NCBI GenBank assembly: GCA_963798845.1
Contig: CAWCUS010000006.1
Span: 64,001-128,000, forward strand
Origin: an uncultured Gemmatimonadales bacterium
GTDB lineage: Bacteria; Gemmatimonadota; Gemmatimonadetes; Longimicrobiales; RSA9
DNA length: 64,000 bases
Direction of reading: 5' to 3'
A program made the translations under genes and the position numbers. The first letter of the stretch is position 1, and the number at the start of each line of letters is the position of its first letter. Positions 19,354 to 29,700 of the stretch are shown here, one piece after another. The notes below the pieces were generated by a model. The model saw only the letters and a list, made by a program, of their open reading frames with translations. It was not told the DNA's origin and did not search any database.

Positions 19354-20640
19354 CTAGCCGCCGATCCTCACCAGCTCGACGCGCCGGTTCTGCTGCTTCC
19401 CTTCGGGCGTGTCGTTGCCCGCCACGGGCCGGGCCTCGCCGAATCCGGCGGTCTCCAGCCGGGAGGCGTCGATGCCGTAGCTCTCGACGAGGTAGTCGCG
19501 CACGCTCCCGGCACGCTCACCGGACAGCTGCTGGTTGTAGGCTTCGTCGCCGTCCGAGTCGGTGTGGCCTTCGATCGTGAGGCGCAGCTCGGGATGGTCC
19601 CGGAGCATGGTCCCGATCTGCTCGAGCGTGGGCGTCGACTCCGGACGGATGCGCGCGCTGTTCGTCCCGAAATAGATGCCGCGCGTGGCGACGCGGCCGT
19701 TCTCCGCGAGCGCGTCGTACAGGTCGCGGCCTCCCGCGGCGACCCGGATCGGCCCGATGAGCATCGGGTGCTCCTCGTCCGCCGAGTACGTGTTCTCGAG
19801 GTAGATCCACTCCGTGCGCGCAAGCTCCGCGTTGGGCACGTTCGCCACTCGCCGCTCGTTGACGTAGACCTTCACGTAGCGGCCATCCGCCATGATGCGG
19901 ATGGCCGTCAGCGCCTCGTCCACCGTCCCGGTCACCCGGTTCAGAGCCTCGACGGACGCGCCCTGCCCCTTCTTCACTCCCGTCCCGTTGCGGGCGATCT
20001 GAAACCAGTTGCCCGCGAGCTCGCCCACGTTGCGCTCGGCTCGCTCAGTGGTGACTGCGAGCTGCTGGTTCACCTCCGGGAAGTACACCTCCGTCTCGAT
20101 CGTGAACCGTTCGGGAAGCGCTTCCGGAAGGTGGATGGCGACGGCGCCGTGCCTCGGCCCCGTGTGCCTCAGAAGCCGTCGCCCCTGCCACTCGACGATG
20201 TCCCAGTTGCCGCGCACCAGCTCGACACGGCGGGGGAAGTCTCCCACCTGGTCGGCCGACCAGTCATCGGCGAACAGCACCCGCTCCCCGGGGATGAAGT
20301 CGTAGTTCGCCCACGCCCCCTCGCCGGGCTTCGGAGCCGTGGCCGCCGGCGCCGCCCCGGGATCGGTGATCGGCGCGCCATCCTCGTCGGTGAGCAACGT
20401 TCCGCTGTCGTCCGTCAGGACCACTTCCTTGCCGTCCGCCTGCGCCTGCTCGAGACAGACCGGGTCGTCGAACACGCAGCGCACCTTGCCGCGCACCAGC
20501 TGGTCGATCTGGCTGAGCGTCTCATCCTCCGCCGCCTTCTTCACCGTCTCCTTCACCTTCTTCCAGATCTGCGCGTGCGACGGTGCCGGGGCGAGAAGCG
20601 TCGCGACGATCACGAGCGAAAACGGAATCCGGACGGTCAT
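19354..20640 (-). CDS. OmpA-family peptidoglycan-binding domain protein with signal peptide
   Basis: IYFGTNS, IEGHTDSDG..NQQLSGERA, GFGEARP, NRRVEL; SD GGAGGAG. Confidence 0.92.
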   Translation of the reverse strand: MTVRIPFSLVIVATLLAPAPSHAQIWKKVKETVKKAAEDETLSQIDQLVRGKVRCVFDDPVCLEQAQADGKEVVLTDDSGTLLTDEDGAPITDPGAAPAATAPKPGEGAWANYDFIPGERVLFADDWSADQVGDFPRRVELVRGNWDIVEWQGRRLLRHTGPRHGAVAIHLPEALPERFTIETEVYFPEVNQQLAVTTERAERNVGELAGNWFQIARNGTGVKKGQGASVEALNRVTGTVDEALTAIRIMADGRYVKVYVNERRVANVPNAELARTEWIYLENTYSADEEHPMLIGPIRVAAGGRDLYDALAENGRVATRGIYFGTNSARIRPESTPTLEQIGTMLRDHPELRLTIEGHTDSDGDEAYNQQLSGERAGSVRDYLVESYGIDASRLETAGFGEARPVAGNDTPEGKQQNRRVELVRIGG

Positions 20641-20872
20641 GGCTCCTCCACGGTGAACCAATGCAAGGCGAGCGTACATGCCAAGCGCGAAAACCCGGAC
20701 GAACCCGACAGCCGCCACGGGAGGGGAGCCGCTGGCAGCGCGATGCTCCGCCGGCGTCAGCCGGCGCTTTCCGGCTGACAACCGCTCCGCCATGCCAGCC
20801 TTGCTCGCTCGCCGGTCGGCTCCTACGGTGTCCACCATCCCGGCAAGCGCGTTCTCACCCCCGGAGTCATCG

Positions 20873-22336
20873 ATGAGCCCACTGCGTCGCACGCTGCTGC
20901 CGCTTCTGCTCCTGTTCGGGGGCACCGCCCCCGCGCTCGCCCAGGTCCCGGGCACGCCTGCCAGGCCTGCCACGGCGGAGGCCCGGCAGGCGGCGGTGGC
21001 GACCGGGCTGGAGCGCGCGATCCAGGTGGCGGGGCGCGAGCCGGAGCGGTGGACGATTCAGCAGCGCATGGAAGTCTACGGCGTGCCCGCGGTGAGCGTG
21101 GCGGTGGTGCACGACGGGCGCCTCGACTGGGCGCGGGCGTGGGGGTGGGCGGACGTGGCGTCGAAGCGGGAGGCGACGCCGTCGACGCTGTTCCAGGCGG
21201 CGTCCATGAGCAAGTCCGTGGCGGCGCTGGGTGCGCTGACGATGGTGGAGGACGGGCTGCTGTCGCTGGACGGCGACGTGAACGACGCCCTCGTCGCCTG
21301 GAAGGTGCCGGAGAACGCGTTCACCGCGGCGCGCCCGGTGACGCTGCGGGCGCTGCTGTCGCATACCGCAGGGACCACGGTGCACGGCTTCCCGGGCTAC
21401 GCGGCGGGGGAGCCGGTGCCCACGACGGTCCAGGTGCTGGAGGGGGCGGGCAACACGGCGGCGATCGTCGTGGACACGGTGCCGGGCGCCGTCTACCGGT
21501 ACTCGGGTGGGGGCTACACCATCGCGCAGCTGCTCATGGCCGAGCGGGCCGGGCGGCCGTTCGCCGAGCTGATGCGGGAGCGCGTCCTCGACCCGCTCGG
21601 GATGGAGGAGAGCACGTACCGTCAGCCGCTCCCCGCGGCGATGCGGGAGCAGGCGGCCACGGGGTACCGCCAGGTCGGCCAGCCGGTGAAGGGGCTCTAC
21701 CACACGTACCCGGAGATGGCCGCCGCCGGGCTGTGGACCACACCGTCCGACTACGCGCGCTACGTCATGGGCGTCCAGGCCGCGTACGCGGAGCGGCCGG
21801 GGTCGCTGGTCTCGCGGGACGTCGCCGTCACCATGCTCACGCCCGTGCTCGGCGACTACGGGCTCGGCCTGGGGATCGCCGGCGCGGCCGACTCGCTCCG
21901 CTTCGCCCACGGCGGCGCCAACGAGGGCTTCCGCAGCCAGTTCGTCGGCTATGCCGGGAGCGGCGAGGGCGTGGTGGTGATGACGAACAGCGACACCGGC
22001 TCCCCGCTGGCGCAGGAGGTCATCCTGGCCGTGGCCCGGGTGTACGGGTGGCCGGGGCTGGCGCCCCGGGTGGTCACGGCCGTCCCCGTCGACCCCGCCA
22101 CGCTCGCCCACTACGCCGGAACCTACACCGTCGGCGGCACGCGGCTGGACGTCACCGTGGAAGGAGACCGCCTCATGCTGGCCGAGGACGGCGGCACGCC
22201 GCTGGAGCTGGTGCCCACGGGGGAGGACGCGTTCGTGTACGTGGGCGGCGGCATCGCGCTGACGTTCGAGCGGGACGCCGCGGGTGCGGTCACGGCGATC
22301 CGCGCCGGCAACGCGCGGGCGGAGCGGAGCCCGTGA
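20873..22336 (+). CDS. Serine hydrolase, beta-lactamase class C-like fold, exported, with C-terminal extension
   Basis: Signal peptide ending ALA-Q; SMSK (SxxK), LLSHTAG, YSGGGY, HGG. Confidence 0.9.
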   Translation: MSPLRRTLLPLLLLFGGTAPALAQVPGTPARPATAEARQAAVATGLERAIQVAGREPERWTIQQRMEVYGVPAVSVAVVHDGRLDWARAWGWADVASKREATPSTLFQAASMSKSVAALGALTMVEDGLLSLDGDVNDALVAWKVPENAFTAARPVTLRALLSHTAGTTVHGFPGYAAGEPVPTTVQVLEGAGNTAAIVVDTVPGAVYRYSGGGYTIAQLLMAERAGRPFAELMRERVLDPLGMEESTYRQPLPAAMREQAATGYRQVGQPVKGLYHTYPEMAAAGLWTTPSDYARYVMGVQAAYAERPGSLVSRDVAVTMLTPVLGDYGLGLGIAGAADSLRFAHGGANEGFRSQFVGYAGSGEGVVVMTNSDTGSPLAQEVILAVARVYGWPGLAPRVVTAVPVDPATLAHYAGTYTVGGTRLDVTVEGDRLMLAEDGGTPLELVPTGEDAFVYVGGGIALTFERDAAGAVTAIRAGNARAERSP

Positions 22337-22998
22337 CGGGCGGACCGTTCGTTCCGCTCCCGGACTATCGCGAGTACCCGCCCGAGGAGATGCTGGCGCG
22401 CAGCCGGGCGTTCCTGGCCGAGATGCAGCGGCGGCGGACCACGCGGCACTTCAGCGACAGGCCGGTCGCGCGGGAGGTGATCGAAGCGTGCGTGAGGACG
22501 GCGGGCACCGCGCCGAGCGGGGCACACATGCAGCCGTGGCACTTCGTGGTCGTGGGCGATGCGGAGACGAAGCGGCGGATCCGGGCCGCGGCGGAAGCGG
22601 CGGAGGCGGAGTTCTATGCGACGGCGCCCGAGGAGTGGCTGGCCGCGCTGGCCCCGCTGGGGACCGACGCCCGCAAGCCGTACCTGGAAGCGGCGCCATT
22701 CATCATCGCGGTCTTCGCGCAGCGCTACGGGATCGGCCACGACGGCGAGCGCCGGACGCACTACTACGTGAGCGAGTCCGTGGGGATCGCGTGCGGCTTC
22801 CTGATCGCCGCGCTGCACCACGCCGGACTGGCCGCGCTCACGCACACGCCCAGCCCCATGGGCTTCCTCGGCGAGCTGCTGGGCAGGCCAGAGAACGAGC
22901 GGGCCGTGATGCTGGTGGTGGCCGGCTACCCGGCGGAGGACGCCCGGGTGCCGGACCTCACACGCAAGCCGCTGGACGACATCGCGACGTTCGTCTGA
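22333..22998 (+). CDS. Nitroreductase-superfamily flavoprotein, iodotyrosine deiodinase (IYD)-like
   Basis: [59 protein letters not shown] overlap with the hydrolase. Confidence 0.85.
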   Translation: MTGGPFVPLPDYREYPPEEMLARSRAFLAEMQRRRTTRHFSDRPVAREVIEACVRTAGTAPSGAHMQPWHFVVVGDAETKRRIRAAAEAAEAEFYATAPEEWLAALAPLGTDARKPYLEAAPFIIAVFAQRYGIGHDGERRTHYYVSESVGIACGFLIAALHHAGLAALTHTPSPMGFLGELLGRPENERAVMLVVAGYPAEDARVPDLTRKPLDDIATFV

Positions 22999-23038
22999 TC
23001 CCGGCCATCGGGGCGCCCCCGCCGCCGCCCGCGCGGGG

Positions 23039-23620
23039 TCACCCTTCCGCCGCCTCGCCGTTGCCCGCCGTGCGCGCGGCCGCCCGGAACAGCAGTCCCG
23101 ATCCGGCCCACAGGGCGATGAACATCCCGTTGACCGCCACGACTTCCGCCGCTCCGCCCTTCGCGCTCGGCGCGTACCCGGCGGCGAGGGCGATCGCGGT
23201 GACGGCGGCCTGGGCGAGGGCCGTGGCGAACAGCGTCCACATCATCCCCTTGGGCTGGAAGCGGGCGGCGAGGGCGCCGACTACGGCGACCGCGAGCACG
23301 CCGAGGTACATGCCGTTGGCGGGGTTGTCCTCGCTCCCGATGACGCCCACGGCGAGGTTCGCCCAGATGAGGAAAAGGGCCGTCCCGGCCCAGAGCGCCG
23401 TGGCCCACCGGTAGGTCGTTCCGGCGCGCCTTCTCGCCGCCACCACCAGCACGTACACCAGGCCCGTTCCCGCCAGCAGGACCCCGGCCAACGCGAAATC
23501 GGCCCCGGTCCACGCCACTTCATCGGTCAGCTGCATGGCCACGAGGGGCACGAGGAGGAGAGCCGCCGTGGCGCCGAGCACGCCCATGACGGGCCGGGAC
23601 ACGCTGATTGCCGCCTTCAT
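23039..23620 (-). CDS. Hypothetical membrane protein
   Basis: LLLVPLVAMQLTDEVAWT..WANLAVGVIGSEDNPAN; about 6 TM helices. Confidence 0.75.
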   Translation of the reverse strand: MKAAISVSRPVMGVLGATAALLLVPLVAMQLTDEVAWTGADFALAGVLLAGTGLVYVLVVAARRRAGTTYRWATALWAGTALFLIWANLAVGVIGSEDNPANGMYLGVLAVAVVGALAARFQPKGMMWTLFATALAQAAVTAIALAAGYAPSAKGGAAEVVAVNGMFIALWAGSGLLFRAAARTAGNGEAAEG

Positions 23621-23667
23621 TGAAGACTCCACGGTCGAGTGTTGCGGTTCATGTGGTCCAGGGGATC

Positions 23668-26295
23668 CTATTCCGCCCGGAGCGCGTCGGTGGGCTGGAT
23701 CCGGAGCGCCCGCACGGCCGGCACGCTCGCACCGAGCGCACCCACCACCAGCATGGAGAGGGACACGGCGGCCACGAGCAGGAGGCCGCGGGGCTCGCCG
23801 GCGAGGGCGAAGCCCACGAGCACGGCGCCTAGGGCAATGCCCAGGCCGATCTGGAGCATCGCCCGGGAGAAGATGGCGGTGAGGAGCCGGCCCGGGCTGG
23901 CACCGAGAGCCTGGCGGATGCCGATCTCTCTCGCCCGTCGCTCCACGGTGAACGCGGTGAGCGCGTAGATCCCCATGAGGGCGAAGAAGATGATGACGGC
24001 GGCGACTGCGGCCAGGCCGGCCAGGAGGAAGACGTTGCCCCGCTGGACAGGCCGCCAGACCGCGTCGAGCGGCTCCAGCTCCGCCATCCCGAGCTCCGGG
24101 TCCACCCCCTCCACCAGGTCGTGCACCCGCGGGATGAGGGCGTCGGGCCGGCCGCCGGTGCGCACGAAGAAGTGGAGCGACGCATGGCGATCCGGGTGGA
24201 GCGGGCGGTACACGCCCACCGGCTGGCCGGGGCCGATGGCGGGCTCCATTCCGTCCACCACGCCCACCACCTCGTGCCAGCGGCCGGCGGACCCATCCCC
24301 GGAATCCGAGAGGACGCGGATCCTGCGCCCGATGGGGTTCGCCCCTCCGAACAGAACCTCGACGGATGCGTGGTCCACGATGGCGACGGGAGCGTCGGCG
24401 GCCCGGTCGCTCTCCCGGAACCCGCGCCCGCTCACGATCCGCGCACCCATGACGTAGAAGAAGTCCGGGTCCACCTCGAGGACTCTCCGGCGGATCACCG
24501 CCGAGTCGCCTTCCACTTCCACGGCCGAGGTGACGTGGTTGAAGCCCGGGAGCCAGCTGGCGCGCGTCGCCGCCAGCACACCGGGCTCGTCGCGCAGCCG
24601 ACGGAAGACCTCGTCGAACCCCGCCGCCCCCTCCGCCTGGCCACCCAGACCGTCGTCTCCGCCTCGCTGCGACTGGTGCTCCCGCGTGAGTCGACCATAC
24701 AGGAAGTGATCCGCCGGGAACTCCGCGTTCGCCCGCCCGGGTATCGCCTCCATCGCCCGGGCGAACGCCAGCGGCACGAACGCGACGGTGAGGGCCACCT
24801 GGACCACGATCACGGCGGTGGCCAGGGCGCCGAAGCGCATCGAGGAGAGCCCGGTGCCCGTGCTGGTGAGCCGGCTGCGCAGCTCGCCCCGCGTCGCCCG
24901 GAGGGCCGGCAGCCCGCCGATGATCAGCGCGGCCACCACGGCCAGCACGAGGACGTAGACCACGCCGCGGATGGACAGGCTGGTGTGGAACCAGAAGGGA
25001 GCTCGCGCCTGCTGGACCTCGAAGAAGAGCGACATGGCTCGCCCGAACGCCCAGCGGGCGACAACCAGGCCCAGCACGGCCGCCGTCAGCGTCAGCACCA
25101 GCGCCTCGCCCGCCATCTGGAGCACGATGCGCCGCCGGCTCGCCCCGAGCGCCGTCCGCATGGCGATCTCGCCCTCACGGGTGGCCGTCCGGGCGAAGAG
25201 GAGCGTGGCGACGTTGGCGCTCACCACGACCAGAAAGAGAAGGAACGGGAGGTTCAGCAGCCCGGCGAACGCGGCCGCCGGGCCGAACATGCTGGGCCGG
25301 TAGACCTGGGGATGCAGGTGCTCGTGGGTCGCGGGGTAGGCGGCGGCGACCCGTCGCCCGACGACGTCCAGCTCCGCCTGCGCCTGGCCGAGCGACACGC
25401 CCGGCCCGAGCCGGCCGAAGACCGTGAGGGAGGGGCCCTGGCGCGGCCCGACGTCCACCCCCCGCGCCCGGAGCGGAAGCCAGATCTCCTGGTCCACCGG
25501 GAACCCGAAGCCCTGGGGCATCACCCCGACCACCGTGACGGTCTCCGAGCCCACGCGCAGCGTGCGCCCGATCGCGCCGGGATCCGCGTCGAACAGCCGC
25601 GTCCAGGCCGAGTGGGCCAGCACTGCCACGGCGGGCGAGCCCGCGTCAGCGTCGTCCGGCCGGAGCGGGCGTCCATACACCGGCCGCAGCTTCGAGAACG
25701 GGAACATGGATGGCGTGGTCCTCGCCCCCTGCAGCGTCGCGTACCGGTCGTCCGCTGTCCGGACGACGACCTCGACCGTCGTGACGGCGCCCAGGTCGTT
25801 CACCGTCCGGAGCTCGTCCCGCCACAGCTCGAAGTCCTGCAGCGCACGCCGCTCCTGGGCCCCGCTCTCCTCGTCCTGGAGCCGGAGCAGGACGATCCGG
25901 TCGGCGTCCGGAAGCGGGATCCGCGGCCGGCTCATGTTCGACATGAACTCGAACCAGCACACCGCCAGCGTCACCGCCAGCGCCAGCGCAATCACGCTCG
26001 TGCCCGTCAGCACGGGGTACTTCGCCAGCATCCGCGCGCCCAGCTTCAGGTCGAGCCGCACCCCGGACAGCCACGCGAGCCCCCGGCCCTCCCGCAGCTC
26101 CTCCTTCGTCCGCTCGACACCCCCGAACGACACCAGCGCGCGACGCCGCGCTTCCGCCGCATCGAGACCCTCCTCCCGCTCCAGCCGCTCCGCTTCCATG
26201 TCCACATGGAACGCGATCTCCTCCCTCATGCGCGACTCCGCCTCATCACTCCGCAACAGGCGAAGCCGCGCACCGAGCCCCCTCAGCCACCCCAT
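23668..26295 (-). CDS. ADOP-type duplicated ABC permease (MacB-PCD/FtsX x2) with N-terminal prefix domain
   Basis: EEIAFHVDME..RRALVSFGG prefix, ANVATLLFAR..EIAMRTALGA, REIGIRQALGA, IQPTDALRAE; TGATG overlap with padR. Confidence 0.92.
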   Translation of the reverse strand: MGWLRGLGARLRLLRSDEAESRMREEIAFHVDMEAERLEREEGLDAAEARRRALVSFGGVERTKEELREGRGLAWLSGVRLDLKLGARMLAKYPVLTGTSVIALALAVTLAVCWFEFMSNMSRPRIPLPDADRIVLLRLQDEESGAQERRALQDFELWRDELRTVNDLGAVTTVEVVVRTADDRYATLQGARTTPSMFPFSKLRPVYGRPLRPDDADAGSPAVAVLAHSAWTRLFDADPGAIGRTLRVGSETVTVVGVMPQGFGFPVDQEIWLPLRARGVDVGPRQGPSLTVFGRLGPGVSLGQAQAELDVVGRRVAAAYPATHEHLHPQVYRPSMFGPAAAFAGLLNLPFLLFLVVVSANVATLLFARTATREGEIAMRTALGASRRRIVLQMAGEALVLTLTAAVLGLVVARWAFGRAMSLFFEVQQARAPFWFHTSLSIRGVVYVLVLAVVAALIIGGLPALRATRGELRSRLTSTGTGLSSMRFGALATAVIVVQVALTVAFVPLAFARAMEAIPGRANAEFPADHFLYGRLTREHQSQRGGDDGLGGQAEGAAGFDEVFRRLRDEPGVLAATRASWLPGFNHVTSAVEVEGDSAVIRRRVLEVDPDFFYVMGARIVSGRGFRESDRAADAPVAIVDHASVEVLFGGANPIGRRIRVLSDSGDGSAGRWHEVVGVVDGMEPAIGPGQPVGVYRPLHPDRHASLHFFVRTGGRPDALIPRVHDLVEGVDPELGMAELEPLDAVWRPVQRGNVFLLAGLAAVAAVIIFFALMGIYALTAFTVERRAREIGIRQALGASPGRLLTAIFSRAMLQIGLGIALGAVLVGFALAGEPRGLLLVAAVSLSMLVVGALGASVPAVRALRIQPTDALRAE

Positions 26296-26630
26296 CAGCC
26301 GGTGCTCAGCACGGATTCCAGCCCCCGGGCGAACCGTCGCCAGCTCTCCAGCTCCTCTCCGAGCGCCTGCCGCCCCGTCCGCGTCAGCTCGTAGTACCGG
26401 GCCCGGCGGTTGTTCTCCGTCTTCCCCCACTCGCTCGCGATCAATCCCTCCTTCTCCAGCCGCTGGAGCGCCGGGTACAGCGAGCCCTGGTTCACTTCCA
26501 GAACCCCGTCCGAGATCTGCTGAACCCGCTGGCTGATCCCCCACCCGTGCATCGGCCCCAGCGACAGCGTCTTGAGGACGAGAAGGTCGAGTGAGCCCCG
26601 CAGGGCGTCGGACTGTGATCGTGAGGACAT
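26295..26630 (-). CDS. PadR family regulator (acidobacterial ADOP-associated type)
   Basis: GSLDLLVLKTL..MHGWGI..QGSLYPALQRLE..ENNRRARYY. Confidence 0.95.
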   Translation of the reverse strand: MSSRSQSDALRGSLDLLVLKTLSLGPMHGWGISQRVQQISDGVLEVNQGSLYPALQRLEKEGLIASEWGKTENNRRARYYELTRTGRQALGEELESWRRFARGLESVLSTG

Positions 26631-26648
26631 GGCCGTCTCCGCGTTTCA

Positions 26649-26696
26649 TGTAGCCGTCTACAAGAGTCTCGCGGATGGTCCTCTAGCTGTCAAGAG
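26649..26696 (-). promoter_or_regulatory. padR promoter with two palindromic operator-like sites
   Basis: TTGACA at 26693-26688 lies inside CTCT-N8-AGAG; a second inverted repeat TGTAG-CCGT-CTACA is at 26649-26662. Confidence 0.6.
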
Positions 26697-26761
26697 AAGG
26701 ACGCGCAGCCTCAGGCCGGAGCACGCGCCGAACTGGGCTGGGGGAGGGTGAGCGGCCGCTG

Positions 26762-29700
26762 CTAGTACCGCCACTTCTTGAACAGGAAGAGGCTGAGGGC
26801 GCGGGTCTGGTCCGCGGTCTGACTGGTTCCGAGCGTGGGGAGGAGCGGCAGGTAGCGCGGCTCCCACGAGCTCGTCAGTCGGAACCCGGAGGGCGTCCGG
26901 TACTCGGCCCGGAGACCGGGCCAGGCTTCGGTGGTGGTCCGACCGCGGGCTGCGACGAACAGCTGCGGGGTCAGGTATTTCCCGGCCTCGACCTGGGTGC
27001 CGCGCAGCACGTTCTGGAAATAGCTGTCGAAGGCCAGCTCGTCGGGGAGCTCGGTGGCGGAGATGCGGAGCACGTCGAGCCCGTAGCGGCCCGGCCGCGC
27101 TTCGACGCCCTGGAACGTGCGCTGGAAGAGGGAGCCGAGGGCGACGCTGGCGAGCTGCTGGCTCGCGAGGGCGCCGAGCTGGCCGGCGCTGCCACCGGCG
27201 AGGCCGGACCCGCTCGCGGGCATGATCGAGCCGGAGGCCGAGCCGAAGACCAGGAACGATATGAGGTCGGTCTGGGAGAGCGGCGGCTGCGCGTTGCTGC
27301 TCAACGTGACCACCGGCTGCTGGAGGTGACCGCCGACCGTGATCTGGATCTCGAGAGGGTCCTGGCCGGGGCGAACGACATCGTGCACCGCGGTGAGCTG
27401 GAGCTGCGGATCCAGCTCCGCGGTCTGGAGGAACGTGGCGGTGCCGGTGGTGAGCTCGAATCGTTTGCCGGCGAACGTCCACTCGCCTCGCTCCGCGTGC
27501 ACCACGCCGTCCAGGACCGGCAGGCCGCGGGCGCCGGAGTAGCGGATCGCCAGCGGGGCGCCGTCGTCCGGCGTGTAGATTTCGACGGTTCCGTCGAGCG
27601 CGCGCACCCACGTGTTGCGATCCACGCGGAGCGAGACGTCCGCGCGGAGTCCCTGGAGAACGGAGTTGTGGGGCGGGACCGCGCGCTTGACCACGTCCGA
27701 GGCCGCAATGGCGGTCTGGGCCTCCGCTCCCGAGAGGTCGAGCGCGTTGCCGCGGTCGAGCGGGACGTGAATGATCCCTCCGCGCACGCGAGCGGTGCCG
27801 GTCACGGCGAGGGACGAGATCGGACCGAACAGGTGGAGGTCGGCGTCGGCGTGGAGGTTCTCGGCGAGGTCGTTGTTCATGACGAGCGCGTCCTCGGCCC
27901 TGAGCTGGAGGTCGGCCGCGGGGCCGTTTTCGCCATCGAGCTCGACCGTCCCGGCCACACGCGTGCGGCCGCCGCCGCTGAGGGCGGTGAGAGAGTCCAG
28001 GAAGAGGCGCGTCCCGTCCAGGCGCAGCCGTCCGGTCACCTCCCTGAGCGGGACTCCGGGCTGCGTGATGTCCAGCCGCCCCAGGTCGAGATCGACGGCG
28101 CCCGAGAGGACGGGATCATCCAGCGTGCCGGCGACCCGCACGTCGCCGCGGACCCGGCCCCGGACGTCCGACACGGCATCCGTGAAGCTGGGCAGCGATT
28201 CCAGTGGAAGGCTGTCCGCCCGAACCGTGAGGTCCAGGCGCCGGGGACCCGCGGGGCCGGCCAGGTCCACGTGGCCGCGGACGGTGGCGAGGACGGTGCC
28301 CGCGGCGGCGGTGTGGACGCCGGACGCGGCGAGAGTGAGGTCGGACTCGAGGGTGCCGCCGGCCCACCCCAGGCTGCCGTCGATGCGGGGGAGGACGGTC
28401 CCCCGGAACGTGGCGTCGGTGAGGGAGACGGTGGCCTCGGCCCGGGGTTCGGACATGGTGCCCTGCACGCGGGCCTGGAGGTCCAGGATGCCGGTGGCGT
28501 CCAGCGTGTCCTGGACGAGCCCGATCAGCTGAGCGACCTGGAGGCGCCGGATCTCGACCACCAGCCCCTCGCCGGCCGCTCGCCCCTCGCCCGCGGACCC
28601 GCCCTCGCCCGGAAGCCGACCCTCCGCATAGATGCGCGCGCCGTGGTCGCTCACCAGCTCCAGGTGGTCCAGCGCGACGCCACCCCGTCCCCACGTGATG
28701 GCGCTGGGCGCGGTGGACCGCCAGTAGGTGGTATCGAAGCGAAGCGCGAGGGAGTCGAGCCGCACGGAGCGCCGGTCGAGGGCCAGCTCGTACGCCGCGT
28801 TCAGCCGGTAGTCACGGTCGGGGTCCTGGCGGATGGCAAGCCGGACCGACCCCTCTCCCTCGGTGAGGCCGCCGGCGTGCTCGACGTGGGCGTGAAGCGA
28901 GTCGAACGCGAACCCCGCGGCCTGGACGGAGTCGAGGTCGGCGTCGAGCCGGACCGCCAGCCGTCCAGCCGCCGGCTCTCCGACCGGCCGGGGGTTCGCC
29001 GGCGAAGCTGGCTGTGCCGACGGCGCCGATGGCCCGGCAAGGGCGAGCCCCTCGGCGTCCAGCGTGAGCTTGCCTCCGCCGACCCGGTATCCCAGCGCCA
29101 CGACGTCCTCGAGCGTGGCGCCGAGGTGCGCCGCGAGCCGGTGCAGCCCGCCGCTGGCGGTGCCCGCGAGCCGGACGCTGCCGGAGAGGGAGTCGCTGGG
29201 GATGGGCGGGAGCGTGTCCACCTCCAGCGCGGGCTCGGGCGGCCGGCCGGTGGCGGCGCGCTGCACGGCGGTGGCCTGGGCGCGCCGGATCGAGTCTTCT
29301 CGGGCGATGGCGAGCCGTCGCGCCTGTATCGCGGGACGGAGCCCCGGCGCCGGCCGCGCCGCTGTGTCTTCGGGGACGAAGGCGGCAAAATCGGAAAGCG
29401 AATCGATCCGCAGGGTGTAGTGGAGCGAGCCGCTGGCGTGCGGGCCCAGTCCGAGAGTGCCCTCGATCGACGCGGTGGCGGAGGCCACGCGGATGTCTGC
29501 CTGGCGGATGTCGGCGACGCCGTCCGCGACCCGGGCCCGGATCTGCGCCCCGCCACCCCGGACATCTCCCCGGGCCCGCCTCTCGGAGAGCGAATCCACG
29601 AGCGTCACATCAATGTCGGCCCGGAGCGTCGCCGGGTCGGTGCCGGCGCCGACCACCGACGCCGTGCCCCACAGCTCCGTCCCGGGCGCGCGCGCAGAGA

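Noticed and set aside
20873..22336. Calling the two serine hydrolases beta-lactam resistance genes
   Set aside because: SxxK-fold hydrolases are mostly esterases or peptidases; the class-defining YxN/KTG motifs are not canonical here.
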